The translations under genes were made by a program, and so were the position numbers. Shown piece after piece: positions 19,147 through 29,864 of a DNA stretch of 64,000 bases. The DNA is taken from positions 4,051 to 68,050 of the forward strand of contig LBYO01000004.1 in assembly GCA_000996205.1 (NCBI GenBank). Direction: 5' to 3'. The number at the start of each line of letters is the position of its first letter. Position 1 is the stretch's first letter. The DNA is from Parcubacteria group bacterium GW2011_GWA1_40_21 (lineage in GTDB: Bacteria; Patescibacteriota; Minisyncoccia; Phycocordibacterales; GWA1-40-21). Under the pieces are notes generated by a model, which saw only the letters and a program-made list of their open reading frames with translations, did not search any database and was not told where the DNA came from.

Positions 19147-19962
19147 CTAGAACCTAATCCCAAACACTCTCAAACTGTTTTTCAAAATTTGTTCTCTTGT
19201 TTTATCAAACTCTTCTCCGCGGATTTGAGCGATTTTTCTAACGACTTCCGCGACATATAAGGGCTCGTTTCTCTTCCCCCTGTGAGGAACAGGCGCAACC
19301 AATGGAGAATCGGTTTCCGCCATTATCATATCCAGCGGCGCGTTTTTTATCACTTCATCATAATCTCTGGCGAAAGTGATCACACCGGTGAAAGAAAGCG
19401 TGAAGCCGAGGTCAAGAAATTTTTTTGCAGTTTCCCAACTGCCCGCGAAAAAATGCATATTCCCGCGGAGTTTTGAGTCTCGCGCCGCGGAATACGAACG
19501 CAGAATTTCCAAAAGGTCGGCATAAGCATTGCGACAATGAATCATAAGAGGTTTATCCAATTCTAGAGCCAACTCTATCTGCATTTCAAAAATCTTTTTC
19601 TGTCTTTGCTTTTCACTTTCCACTTTTGACTTTTGACTTGCTTGATTATTTTCGTCTAAACGAAAATAATCAAGCCCGCACTCTCCTACCGCCACGACTT
19701 TAGGATTCGTGAATAATTTTTTGTAAACCGCCGCGTCAAAATCTTCGTTCCCGTCGTCCGTCGGATGAAGTCCGGCGGAAGAAAAAATGCCATCGTTAGC
19801 CGCGGCGTCTTTCGCGGCTTTTTTTGAATTTTTAAAATCAGTACCGACATCAATCGCCCAAATATTTTTTTCCTTCATTCGCCCTATCACCGCTTCCCTA
19901 TCTGCGTCAAAATCGGGAAAGCTTATATGTGAATGAATATCTATGTATTCCGGCATAATCAT
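19147..19962 (-). CDS. tatD: TatD family hydrolase
   Basis: IDIHSH, GLHP, VGECGLDY, IHCR, ETDSP, RGKRNEP. Confidence 0.95.
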   Translation of the reverse strand: MIMPEYIDIHSHISFPDFDADREAVIGRMKEKNIWAIDVGTDFKNSKKAAKDAAANDGIFSSAGLHPTDDGNEDFDAAVYKKLFTNPKVVAVGECGLDYFRLDENNQASQKSKVESEKQRQKKIFEMQIELALELDKPLMIHCRNAYADLLEILRSYSAARDSKLRGNMHFFAGSWETAKKFLDLGFTLSFTGVITFARDYDEVIKNAPLDMIMAETDSPLVAPVPHRGKRNEPLYVAEVVRKIAQIRGEEFDKTREQILKNSLRVFGIRF

Positions 19963-19964
19963 AG

Positions 19965-21384
19965 TCAATCTTTTCTTGGAAACAAAGCCTTCTCGGGCAT
20001 TTTATTTTCCCTTATCGCTTTTTTAATATTCTCGGATGTGCTCGGCATAAAAATCTGAAGTCATTCTCTCTCCCTCCCCCTTGTCTTCTTTGATGGTTTT
20101 GAATGGCTGTTTTTTTTGAATGTAAGAATCCATTTCCGCTATTTTCCGCCATATAAAATCCATCGCCTTATTCAATTCAAATTTTTCAATATATCCAACA
20201 AACTCTTTTGGAAATTCAAATTTTTCTTCCCCGAGTATGGGATTTTCCAAATAAGTCTCAGCCATTTTCATTATCCTGCTCGTTAAATTGCCGAGTCCAT
20301 TGGCCAAATTGGCGTTATAAATGTCTTTGAATTTGTCTACAGTAAAATCACTGTCCTCAAAAGGGTTCAATTCGCGGGCGAAATAATAACGCAAAGCGTC
20401 GGCGCCATATTCCGAAACAATACTCGCGGGACTTACGACATTGCCGAGACTCTTGCTTATTTTTTGTCCACCGATTGTGATAAAACCATTCACAATAATT
20501 TGCTTTGAAATTGGAAGTCTGGCCGCAAGAAGCATCGCTTGCCACATTGCCGCCTGCTGGCGGAGATTGTCTTTACCGCAATACTGCGTGACTGGCCACC
20601 ATCTGTGGAATTTGTCCGTATCGTCTGGCCAGCCGATGGCAGAAATATAATTCACAAGTGCATCAAACCACACATACATTATGTGTTCCGGATCATTCGG
20701 AACAGCAACCCCCCACGGCATTTTGCTCTTTAGACGCGATATGCTGAAATCTTCAAGTCCCCTTTCAACAAAAGCCTTGACTTCATTGAGCCGTGAAGAT
20801 GGAATTACAAAATCGGGATTATTTTCATAAAGCTCCAAAAGCGGTTTCTGAAATTTGGAAAAAGCGAAAAAATAATTTTCCTCTTCAATAATTTCAATCT
20901 TTTGATTCGAATGAATAGGACAACATCCGTTTTCCAATTCCGATTCAGTCTTTTCCAGCTCGCATCCTACACAGTATTTCACTTTGTAATTTTTCTTGTA
21001 TATATAGCCGTTTTTATCGCACACTTTCCAAAATTCCTGCGCGGAATTTTTGTGCCTTTCGTCGGTCGTTCTCACAAAATTTATGCCTTCCGACAAATTC
21101 AAGACGCAAATGAGGTCTTTGAATTTTTCAGCATAACCGTCCACATACTTCTGCGGATCCTGCCCGATTTCAAGAGCTTTGCGATAAATTTTCAAACCGT
21201 GTTCGTCCGTACCGGTATTAAAAAACACATTGAAACCTGCAAACTTCTTATAGCGAGCGATAATATCCGCCCGCGTGATCTCCATAGCAAAACCGATATG
21301 CGGATCGGCATTCACATAAGGCAATGTCGTCGTTATGTAAAAATTTTTACCGGCAATTGAGTTTTTCATCTCTCCTCTTTTCAT
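19965..21384 (-). CDS. metG: Methionine--tRNA ligase; extreme C-terminus out of frame (main ORF 20023..21384)
   Basis: PYVNADPHIG, YVWFDAL, KISKS; the expected tail FMPSTSENIKKAIRENKMPEKALFPRKD* is in another frame ending at 19965. Confidence 0.9.
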
Positions 21385-21414
21385 ATTTTTGTCTTATACG
21401 CGCCCTTTTACACA

Positions 21415-21441
21415 TTCTGTGGGTATCTGATACCCACAGAA
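21415..21441. repeat. Palindrome family A
   Basis: ttctgtgggtatc-t-gatacccacagaa. Confidence 0.75.
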
Positions 21442-21465
21442 CACAGAATATCTTATGCGGCTGAT

Positions 21466-22641
21466 TTAGTTAAGAGATTTTTTCTCCTCGGTCATTTTCC
21501 CCTCCACCACATCGCGAAAATATTCGGTGATAGTCGCGGCAATCGGCACAGAGAGAAGCACCCCGAGAAATCCGGCTAATTTATATCCGATGACAAGCGC
21601 CAAGATGACCAATATCGGCGAAACGCCCACGACCTTCTTAACCACCAGAGGGTAGATAAGATGATTTTCAAATTGTTGAATGATGAGATACAGTCCGACG
21701 ACAAGAAGACCGGCTGTCAGCCCCCCGTCGGCAAAAGACAAGAGCACCGCCGGAATCGCGGCTATTACAGGACCAAAGAGAGGAATAATTTCAAAAAACG
21801 CGGCGAAAACGGAAAGAAGAATGGCGTTTTTTACTCCCAATATGGTGAGACCCAAGTATATAAGGACTCCGACAATCACCCCGAGAAGAATTTGCCCTTG
21901 CATCCAATAACCTATTTTCTGCTGGGATCTCTTCCAAAGACTGATGACATATTTCTCGCTTTTCAGCGGTGTGATAACTTTCAGAAAATTCACCACTCCG
22001 TCCTCTTGAACCGCGAGATAAAACGACAAGACGACAATAAGCACAAAAGACAGCACGCCTCCGAATATCGCGCTTACCGTGTTCACAAATCCGCTTGAAA
22101 AATGGGACAAGACATTTTGGAAACCGGTTATCAAATCTGACAAGCCGGCTTTCTTGTTGATTTTATTTCCCGCCACATTGTTTTCCAGACTAGCCATTTC
22201 AAGGCTGGCGGAAATTTTTTCGGCAATCTCCTTTGACTCCGCAAGTCCTTGCGAGACATTTCGCGCTATGTCTCGCGACTGATCCGCTTTTTCTTTGCTT
22301 AAAGGATTCCAAACGGCGGTTGATTCAAAATATCGCGGGAAGGCGTTGGTAAAATTGAGAGTTTCATTAAGAAGAGTCGGCAGAAAGAAATAAAAGAAGC
22401 CGATAAGCGCGCTGAAAAGTCCGGCATAAGTGATGATTACGGCAGGCAGTCTGGCCACTCTTATTTTCGCGAACCACTTGACCAAGGGCTCAATCGCGGA
22501 GGCGATAACGACTGACGCGAGCACCACAAGGACAAGATCGCTCACCAAATAAAGAAAACCGACAATGGCGAAAATAACTATCGTCTTTATGATAGTCCCC
22601 GAATTTATATTAACAATGAGATTTTTACTTTCTTTGTCCAT
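21466..22641 (-). CDS. AI-2E/PerM family transporter
   Basis: Multi-TM; EIIPLFGP, IIQQFENHLIYPLV, GVLLSVP; ATG at 22641. Confidence 0.9.
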   Translation of the reverse strand: MDKESKNLIVNINSGTIIKTIVIFAIVGFLYLVSDLVLVVLASVVIASAIEPLVKWFAKIRVARLPAVIITYAGLFSALIGFFYFFLPTLLNETLNFTNAFPRYFESTAVWNPLSKEKADQSRDIARNVSQGLAESKEIAEKISASLEMASLENNVAGNKINKKAGLSDLITGFQNVLSHFSSGFVNTVSAIFGGVLSFVLIVVLSFYLAVQEDGVVNFLKVITPLKSEKYVISLWKRSQQKIGYWMQGQILLGVIVGVLIYLGLTILGVKNAILLSVFAAFFEIIPLFGPVIAAIPAVLLSFADGGLTAGLLVVGLYLIIQQFENHLIYPLVVKKVVGVSPILVILALVIGYKLAGFLGVLLSVPIAATITEYFRDVVEGKMTEEKKSLN

Positions 22642-22681
22642 TATTGTAATAATATCACTAAATAAATTTTTATTAAAGCCA

Positions 22682-22710
22682 AAAAAAGCGACATCGCATG
22701 TCGCTTTTAG
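22682..22710 (-). terminator. Putative terminator after the M16 peptidase
   Basis: aaaagcgacat-cgc-atgtcgctttt with an A-run on the left. Confidence 0.55.
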
Positions 22711-22712
22711 AT

Positions 22713-23981
22713 TCAAAATTTGAGAGTTGGAAGAAATTCATTTTTGTCTTTGAATCGGCCGATTATGGCGAGATTGAGATATTTATCTTGGAAAATTTTA
22801 TTGGCAATTTTTTTCACATCCGCGGCGGTGACAGCTTGTATCTCAATGATAATTTGCTCCGGTGTTTTTATTGATTTTTTTAAAACCTCCTGATAACCGC
22901 AATATTCGGCAAATGAATCCGAGGTCTCAAGTCCCAAATAAAGATTGCCCTGAAGCTGTTGCTTTACTTTGTTCAATTCGTTCTCGGAAATATTTTCATT
23001 TTTCAATCTCTTGAATTCTTCCATAATGGCGCTAATTCCTTCCTTGACTTGTTTATTGTCCAAACCTGCGCTCACTTGAAGAACCCCGTGATCGGTGTAA
23101 GTGTCATTTTCAGCTCGGACATAATAACAAATACCCATCTCATCTCTGAGTTTTTGGAAAAGACGCGAGCTCATCCCTCCGCTAAGCATAGTCGCCAATA
23201 CTCTCATTGCCGGATTATTTTTGCTGTAAGTATTGAATGACCTTACCCCTAAAACGATATGTGTTTGGTCCGTGTCTTTATACTGCAATAATATCTCCGG
23301 CTTTTTTTGAGATTCAAAAGTTTTTGTTTTATCTTTCTTTTTGCCTCCGAAGATGCCACCCCATATTTTTTGAATATTAGCGAGGGTTTTTTTCTCGTCA
23401 AATTTTCCAGCGACAACCACTGCCGTTGCAGAAGGAACATAATGTTTCCTCCTATAATCCAAAAAATCGCTTCTTTTAAGATTTTTTATATTTTCTTTCG
23501 TGCCCGCTATGTCCCACCCTGCCGGCTGATCTCCGTAAAGCAGTCTCATAAAAATTTCCTGAACTTTCCGATGGGGCAAATCTTCATACATATTGATTTC
23601 CTCTATGATGACCCCTTTTTCTTTTTCAATTTCATTCTCATTGAAAACGGGATTCAAATACATATCGGAGACGACATCAAGAAGCATATCCAAATGCTTG
23701 AAATCTGCTTTAGCGTAATAGCCGGTATACTCTTGCGAAGTGAAAGCGTTGTATTGCGCCCCAACGCTGTCCAGCTCCCCACTTATATCTATTACCTTCG
23801 GCCTCTTGGTCGTACCCTTAAAGCACATATGCTCAAGAAAATGTGAAAGTCCGTTTATTTCTTTCGTTTCGTATTTTGAACCCGCCTCAACCATCACAAG
23901 GACAGTCACGGTCGGATTGTCTTTCGTCGGAACGGTAATCACCCTTAGTCCGTTTTTTAAAATTTTTTTATTGAATTTCAT
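22713..23981 (-). CDS. M16 family (pitrilysin-like) zinc peptidase
   Basis: Inverted zinc motif HFLEH, NAFTS, SSRLFQKLR. Confidence 0.95.
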   Translation of the reverse strand: MKFNKKILKNGLRVITVPTKDNPTVTVLVMVEAGSKYETKEINGLSHFLEHMCFKGTTKRPKVIDISGELDSVGAQYNAFTSQEYTGYYAKADFKHLDMLLDVVSDMYLNPVFNENEIEKEKGVIIEEINMYEDLPHRKVQEIFMRLLYGDQPAGWDIAGTKENIKNLKRSDFLDYRRKHYVPSATAVVVAGKFDEKKTLANIQKIWGGIFGGKKKDKTKTFESQKKPEILLQYKDTDQTHIVLGVRSFNTYSKNNPAMRVLATMLSGGMSSRLFQKLRDEMGICYYVRAENDTYTDHGVLQVSAGLDNKQVKEGISAIMEEFKRLKNENISENELNKVKQQLQGNLYLGLETSDSFAEYCGYQEVLKKSIKTPEQIIIEIQAVTAADVKKIANKIFQDKYLNLAIIGRFKDKNEFLPTLKF

Positions 23982-24007
23982 TTTGTTTTATTTCGTTTTA
24001 TCTATAA

Positions 24008-24553
24008 TTAGCATTTGAGTTTCTCCTGTTTGTCCCGAAATCCTATCGGATTTTTCGGCTTTGTTTTCTCCGTCAAAAGACGCTTAATCGCTTCGAAAAT
24101 ATCCCTCATCTGCTTATCATATTTTTTCTCCATATTTTCTATTTTTTCTTTCAAATCTTTGTTTGCTGAAAGAAATTCTCTCATTTGCGTGAAAGTTCTG
24201 ATAATTTGGATATTGACCATTATTGCCCTATCGCTATTTAAAACACTGGAAAGCATAGCAACGCCCTGCTCCGTAAAAACCAAAGGGCTTTTTCTTAATC
24301 CTTTTTTATCTGCGGCGGATATCACAATTTGTGATTTCCAAATATTAGTTTCTTCTTGATTAAGTTGAAACATAAAATCAACGGGAAAACGATCAATATT
24401 TCTCCTCACTGCCTGATTAAGCGACCTTGTTTCTACTCCGTAGAGATTGGCAAGATCTCGGTCTATCATTACTTTCTTGCTCCTAATCAAAAATATCCCT
24501 CTGACAATCCTCTCGTTTGGAACGGTTATAATTTCTTTATCACTCTTTTTCAT
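24008..24553 (-). CDS. ORF6N-domain DNA-binding protein
   Basis: KVMIDRDLANLYGVETRSLNQAVRRNIDRFPVDFMFQL, FTEQGVAMLSSVL, C-terminal IGF. Confidence 0.9.
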   Translation of the reverse strand: MKKSDKEIITVPNERIVRGIFLIRSKKVMIDRDLANLYGVETRSLNQAVRRNIDRFPVDFMFQLNQEETNIWKSQIVISAADKKGLRKSPLVFTEQGVAMLSSVLNSDRAIMVNIQIIRTFTQMREFLSANKDLKEKIENMEKKYDKQMRDIFEAIKRLLTEKTKPKNPIGFRDKQEKLKC

Positions 24554-24626
24554 AGATATCTTTTTTCAACAAAATTGCTTTATCTTCCGCAATCAAACAA
24601 TATCACGCCAACAAATTTTAGACAAA

Positions 24627-24686
24627 AAAATAAGGCGAGAGGCTCTATTTAATCAGTTCGATTAAATAGAGACATTCTCGCCTTAT
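24627..24686 (-). terminator. Long hairpin terminator of the orphan cassette
   Basis: ataaggcgaga..tctatttaatc / gattaaataga..tctcgccttat with an adjacent A-run. Confidence 0.6.
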
Positions 24687-24695
24687 GCCATTTTG

Positions 24696-25265
24696 TTAGG
24701 TTGCCAAACTTGATTTGGCTTCCTTAACAATTTTTACTACCTCTCTGCCAAACCCGAAGGGAAAGATGTAGCGTTTAAAAAAAATCTCTTCAAGTTTTCT
24801 TATCAGCACCGAAGCGAGCCTCATGTCTTCCTTGCACTGCTCCTTCTCATAACTGTCACTGGGGTCGGGTCTGATATTGCCAGTCCTGACTGCTTTGCAA
24901 AGCAGTTCCATTTCCTCTACACAATAATCCTTCCCTTTCAACTTTAAGATATAATTACTTTTTTCTATCAATGATTCATCCAAGTCAGCTCTGATATTAG
25001 AGCCCCTTGCCGGATAAGTCCCTTTTTCTCGTTTCACTCGATCCTTGGCGAAAATATATGTCGCCTCCGTCCTGTCGACATATTGCTTTATATCATTTGG
25101 CAACTTGCTATTAAAGTCATCGACCATGAAGTATAATTCTCCGTAATCTTTTTGAGACACTTTGACCCCACAAATCTCACCTTTAAACGAAGAGGCTTTT
25201 ACCAACTTAAAATCTTTTGACTTCAGTACACCGTCTTTTAAAAATACATATATATATAAACTCAT
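24696..25265 (-). CDS. Hypothetical protein (orphan cassette)
   Basis: Open frame; GGGAGG SD before ATG 25265; upstream TTGACA-16-TACCCT. Confidence 0.6.
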   Translation of the reverse strand: MSLYIYVFLKDGVLKSKDFKLVKASSFKGEICGVKVSQKDYGELYFMVDDFNSKLPNDIKQYVDRTEATYIFAKDRVKREKGTYPARGSNIRADLDESLIEKSNYILKLKGKDYCVEEMELLCKAVRTGNIRPDPSDSYEKEQCKEDMRLASVLIRKLEEIFFKRYIFPFGFGREVVKIVKEAKSSLAT

Positions 25266-25424
25266 AACAATCCTCCCTTTCAATATTTTACCGCCATTTA
25301 TTTTGCTTGGCAGCTATTTAACAAAGAACTTTATCAGACTCCTGATAACAGTTTGAATCCTTTTGTAAGGGTACACGCTTTTGACATTTTGTCAAGCGTT
25401 TTTGCCATAATTTATTTTTTACCC

Positions 25425-26825
25425 TTATTTTAAGCTGTTTTTTATGAAACTGGATAATTCACCTGTCTTTACTCTCTCCTGTTTGCCTGTATCCCTGTCG
25501 CGGACAGTGACGGTGTCATTTTCCAAGGTGTCAAAGTCTATCGTCACGCAAAACGGCGTGCCGATTTCGTCTTGGCGGCGGTAGCGTTTACCGATGTTGC
25601 CGTTGTCGTCAAAAACTATCGGGCGGATTTCTTTTTTTAATTCACTGAAAATAATTTGAGCTTTTTTCACCAGCTCCGGTTTATTTTTAAGCAGAGGGAA
25701 AACAGCAACTTTCACAGGCGCAACTGTTGGTTTGAATTTCAGGAAAATTCTTTTTTCACCGCCCATTTCATCTTCCGTGTAAACCTCGCAAAGAATAGCG
25801 AGAATCATTCTATCCAAACCGAATGAAGGCTCAATGCAGTGAGGAACAAATCTATCTTTCGTTTCTTCATCATAATATGATAAGTCAGCGCCACTCTTCC
25901 CTATATGAGCAGACAAATCAAAATCAGTGCGATACGCCAAACCAAGAAGCTCTTTTCTGCCGAAAGGATAATCAAATTCAAAATCTATGGTTCTTTTGGA
26001 ATAATGCGCTCGGTCTTCCGCCGAGACTTCAAGCTCATGGATGCTGTCTTTGTCAAGTCCGATATCCGCAAGCCAATCTAAAATCTCCGTTCTAAAACTT
26101 TCAAAATATTTTTCCCACTCGCTTTCTCTCGTGAAATATTCTATTTCCATCTGCTCAAATTCTCTAGCGCGGAAGAGAAAATCTCTTGGAGAGATTTCAT
26201 TCCTGAAAGCCTTGCCGATTTGAGCCATACCGAACGGCAATCTGGGATGGAAAGAATCCATCACATTCTTGAAATTAACAAACATTCCTTGCGCAGTTTC
26301 CGGACGGAGATATGACACGGAACCTTTGTCCTCCACTGGACCGACATTGGTCTTAAACATCATATTGAACATAATCGGAGAAAACCAATTTTCTGCACTA
26401 CCACACTTTTCACATTTTGGAGGAACAAAAACATAAGAGATGGAAGGCATTCCCTTTTTCATATTCTGAAAATGATCCGGTGGAAAGCCTATTTGATCAG
26501 CCCTGTATTGAGAGTGGCATTTACTACACTCAACAAGCGGGTCGGAAAATCCCGCGATGTGCCCCGACGCTTCCCAAACTTTTGCATTCATAAGAATCGC
26601 CGCGTCTATTCCATACATATCGTCTCGCTCTTCAACAAACTTTTTCCACCACGAATTTTTTATGTTATTTTTGAGCGACAAACCAAAAGACCCGTAGTCC
26701 CATGCTCCGGAAAGACCGCCGTAAATTTCCGAGCCGGGATAAATAAAGCCGCGCCTTTTGCAAAGCGATATTATTTTTTCCATTTTTCCGCCTTCGGCGG
26801 TCTCTTTTTTCTTTTTGATTTCCAT
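25425..26825 (-). CDS. glyQS: Glycine--tRNA ligase (alpha2 type)
   Basis: YLRPETAQG, FRNEISPR, EFEQMEIE, IEPSFG, GKRYRRQDEIGTP. Confidence 0.97.
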   Translation of the reverse strand: MEIKKKKETAEGGKMEKIISLCKRRGFIYPGSEIYGGLSGAWDYGSFGLSLKNNIKNSWWKKFVEERDDMYGIDAAILMNAKVWEASGHIAGFSDPLVECSKCHSQYRADQIGFPPDHFQNMKKGMPSISYVFVPPKCEKCGSAENWFSPIMFNMMFKTNVGPVEDKGSVSYLRPETAQGMFVNFKNVMDSFHPRLPFGMAQIGKAFRNEISPRDFLFRAREFEQMEIEYFTRESEWEKYFESFRTEILDWLADIGLDKDSIHELEVSAEDRAHYSKRTIDFEFDYPFGRKELLGLAYRTDFDLSAHIGKSGADLSYYDEETKDRFVPHCIEPSFGLDRMILAILCEVYTEDEMGGEKRIFLKFKPTVAPVKVAVFPLLKNKPELVKKAQIIFSELKKEIRPIVFDDNGNIGKRYRRQDEIGTPFCVTIDFDTLENDTVTVRDRDTGKQERVKTGELSSFIKNSLK

Positions 26826-26852
26826 AATTGTTGAATAATAGACAAAAGAAGG

Positions 26853-28793
26853 CTATTTCACAACCTTATCTTCTGAATATTTGAAGTCAGGATCGGTCTT
26901 TAATGTAGTTGTAAGGGAAGGTCGCGTTTCTCCAACTGATGCGGATGTAAAGCTGTCCGTTCCGCTTAAGACTGATTCGTTTAGAATTACGGGGCTCTGT
27001 CCCTCATGACTCAAGCTCGGGAGGAAGGAAATTTGGAAAGATGCTTCTCTCGGCGGACCTTCAATACCCGCGCCGGCTTCTATGTCTCCCGCGTCCCAGA
27101 CCACTTCCGCCCTCGCGGAATTAAATGAAATATTTTCACTGGCGGGATTTGTCTGCGAAAGCCATTTGACATAAAGAGGAAGACTTGCGGCGACTTTGGC
27201 GTCTTTGATCTTGCTTGAAGTGTTTGTTATCGTCCAGATCACCGTATAAGTCGTTTCACTTTCGGCTTTTGGAGGCATTGGTCCGGTGTTCTCAAATGGT
27301 CCGCTCCAGTGAATAGCGCGGGAAGACAGCCTTGCGTCAGTCGCTATTTTGATTATTCTTGTCGCGGAATACAAAACTTCCTGAGGGACATTGTCTCCTT
27401 CAAGCCTTTTGCCTCTCGCGACTATATCCAGAGAAATTGAAGGCTCAATCATAAGCGAGGATCCGCCGATATGAGAACTCAGACTCCCGAATGAAAAGTT
27501 TAAATTCCCGCTCTCGCCCGGGGACATTGACCCTAAAGCCGGATTATTCGTCTTGTCAAAGACGATGGTATTGTCAACCGACCTGTAAAAACCCCGCTCG
27601 GCGGAAACCGATGATTTGTTCAGGGTGTCGCCTTTAAACTTTATCTGAATCTCCGCGTCTTTAATCGGGGTCGCGAGATTGTTTTTCCAAGCGACATCGG
27701 CTCTTATGATTTTACTGCTCTCGGAAACAAAATCATTGGCAGTGTTGCCGTCAAGGGCGATTTGAATGCCGATAAAAGGCTTCTTGATTGAAACTTCCGC
27801 GAGAGAAGTGACAATGGGCGTGGCTATCACCTTCTCATCTTTGTCGCTTGAAATTCCCGTCGTAAATCTTAGAATCTTATTCTCTCCGTCCTGACCCTGC
27901 ATCTTGCCGTAAATTTTAACGGTTTTTTTCTGTCCGGCGGACAAATCTCCTATGGACCAAAGATTATTGTTCGTGTCAAGCGATTTTTCGCTTGAATCAA
28001 CAAAGACGAAACCGAACGGATATTCCGCCTTGAGCAAAAGATTTCTGATCGGATTGGAAGAATTTGAAACAACAGTAACGGAAAAATCAACCGCCTGATT
28101 GGCATTTATTTCTTTAAGGCCGGACACTTCAATGCTCACCGGCGAGTCGCTTATGACGACTTCATAAGTTTTTTCTTTATAAAAAATCGCGCTTGAACCG
28201 GAAATGCGATACTCCACGGTCACCTTTATTTCTTTTTTGCTTTTTTCTTCGCCGAAAAGTATGGCCTCAACTCTTTTTACGGCGCTCTCTCCTTGGGGTA
28301 TATCGCCGAGCTCATCCCTCGTCCTCTTGAGCTCTGTCTTTAAATCATCTATGGCGCGCGCTCCCTCCGGATACTCAACGCGGAGATCCGCCGCTTTGAG
28401 GTCGGTTTTATTGTTGTTGTCAACTTTTATATCAAGGGAGATTTTCTCCCCGCCGGAAACCGAAACTGGTCCCGTTATGGAAATTTCTATATTGTTAGCC
28501 GAAATTGTGTTTGACCCCCAATAAAATCTGTAAAAAGCCACGCCGGAAGCAATTAGAAAAAATAAAATTGAAACAATAAAAAATTTCATCACAAAAGTCA
28601 TTCCTTTCTTCTCCTTGATGAAGATTGGCTTTTTTTCAAGACTTTCTTCACCTTCGTGAGACCATTCGCCCGCCACATCATAAGATTCGCTTTTCAAGTG
28701 GCGGCTTTTCCTGTCCGTTCTCGCGCGATTATCTCTTGAATAAAGTCCTCTTTTTAACTTTTCAATACCGCTATTGTTATCTTGGGATTCCAT
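26853..28793 (-). CDS. Membrane-anchored multi-Ig-like (DUF11-like) protein
   Basis: One TM followed by repeated beta-sandwich motifs (WSIGDL, WDAGDI). Confidence 0.7.
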   Translation of the reverse strand: MESQDNNSGIEKLKRGLYSRDNRARTDRKSRHLKSESYDVAGEWSHEGEESLEKKPIFIKEKKGMTFVMKFFIVSILFFLIASGVAFYRFYWGSNTISANNIEISITGPVSVSGGEKISLDIKVDNNNKTDLKAADLRVEYPEGARAIDDLKTELKRTRDELGDIPQGESAVKRVEAILFGEEKSKKEIKVTVEYRISGSSAIFYKEKTYEVVISDSPVSIEVSGLKEINANQAVDFSVTVVSNSSNPIRNLLLKAEYPFGFVFVDSSEKSLDTNNNLWSIGDLSAGQKKTVKIYGKMQGQDGENKILRFTTGISSDKDEKVIATPIVTSLAEVSIKKPFIGIQIALDGNTANDFVSESSKIIRADVAWKNNLATPIKDAEIQIKFKGDTLNKSSVSAERGFYRSVDNTIVFDKTNNPALGSMSPGESGNLNFSFGSLSSHIGGSSLMIEPSISLDIVARGKRLEGDNVPQEVLYSATRIIKIATDARLSSRAIHWSGPFENTGPMPPKAESETTYTVIWTITNTSSKIKDAKVAASLPLYVKWLSQTNPASENISFNSARAEVVWDAGDIEAGAGIEGPPREASFQISFLPSLSHEGQSPVILNESVLSGTDSFTSASVGETRPSLTTTLKTDPDFKYSEDKVVK

Positions 28794-28816
28794 AAAAAAA
28801 ATTATACCACAAGAAT

Positions 28817-29092
28817 TAAGTTGTAGGGACTAGTTTATAGTTTTTAGGTTATAGTGATTAGGTTGCAGGTGAAGAAGATGGCATCAATTTCCAATTCCTA
28901 ATTTCTAATTGATCTAATCAAATCCCAATCAACAATCAACAATAAATAAGACTTAATTTAATTAACTTTTAATTGGTCATTTTCTTAGTTGGTTTTTGAA
29001 GTTTGATTAGAAATTAGATCAATTAGGAATTAGTAGTTTGATAGGCCACTCTTCCTTTCTTCCCTACAACCTACCTAAAACCTACAACCTAG
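28817..29092. repeat. Nested pairs of heptamer arms
   Basis: Outer AGGTTGT/ACAACCT pair and inner AATTTCT/AGAAATT pair. Confidence 0.65.
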
Positions 29093-29094
29093 AA

Positions 29095-29688
29095 TTACAA
29101 CTGCGTTTCTTTTAGGGCTTTGTTTATTTGGAGGACGGCATCGCGACCGAGAGGGCTCATTTTAGAAACAAAATCTTTTGTCCAAACGGCGGAAGAAAGA
29201 AATTCCTTGAAATCGGCGGATTCTGCCATATATCCGAGACTATGCAGAATTCTCATAATCAGCAAGTATTCGCAGTTCCTCAAGAGGCTCTCATCAAGAT
29301 TTTCCTTTTCCAAAAACTCGCAAGCGGATGAGACATGGCTGAAAAGAATCTCGTTTTTCTCCTCGCCTCGGACAAGACGCAAAAGAAGCGCGAATGTCTT
29401 GGCCAACAATTCAAACTTATCACGACTTCCGTTCAAAGAACGGCGCAAATCATTTTCTTTTATCGCTCCGACGATTCTCCAAATATATTTTCCTTTAACC
29501 AGAGAAATTCTTGAATAAGAATAATCTTGAAGGCTATAGCGAAGTTTTGACTTAAGAAGCCTCACCCCTTGCGCCGTCGCGCCAATCATTCCAAAATCCT
29601 TGGTGAATATGGAAAAATATTTGTTCGCCTCGCCAACACTCTCCCCGCTCAACACAAAACCTTCAGTGTGATATATGTGATGCGTCAT
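29095..29688 (-). CDS. recO: DNA repair protein RecO
   Basis: HTEGFVL..GEANKYFSIFTKDFGMI.ATAQGVR..KSKL (RecO OB fold). Confidence 0.85.
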   Translation of the reverse strand: MTHHIYHTEGFVLSGESVGEANKYFSIFTKDFGMIGATAQGVRLLKSKLRYSLQDYSYSRISLVKGKYIWRIVGAIKENDLRRSLNGSRDKFELLAKTFALLLRLVRGEEKNEILFSHVSSACEFLEKENLDESLLRNCEYLLIMRILHSLGYMAESADFKEFLSSAVWTKDFVSKMSPLGRDAVLQINKALKETQL

Positions 29689-29775
29689 TTGTTAGAATTT
29701 ATCGTAGCATTTCGCCAAAATCTCTTTTCTTCAGAATTATCCCCTCCGTCAAATAAATTTGATGCGCCATAAAAT

Positions 29776-29858
29776 TTACTCGTAAATATCATGCGTGCCG
29801 ATGTCTGTGAAAATAACATTGCCGTCTTTTAAAACCGCGAAGAAGGCACTATCTCCAT
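29776..29858 (-). pseudogene. Internally deleted RelE/YafQ-like toxin remnant
   Basis: MEIVPSSRF* joined out of frame to KDGNVIFTDIGTHDIYE*, directly downstream of an antitoxin-like gene. Confidence 0.65.
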
Positions 29859-29864
29859 ATTTTT

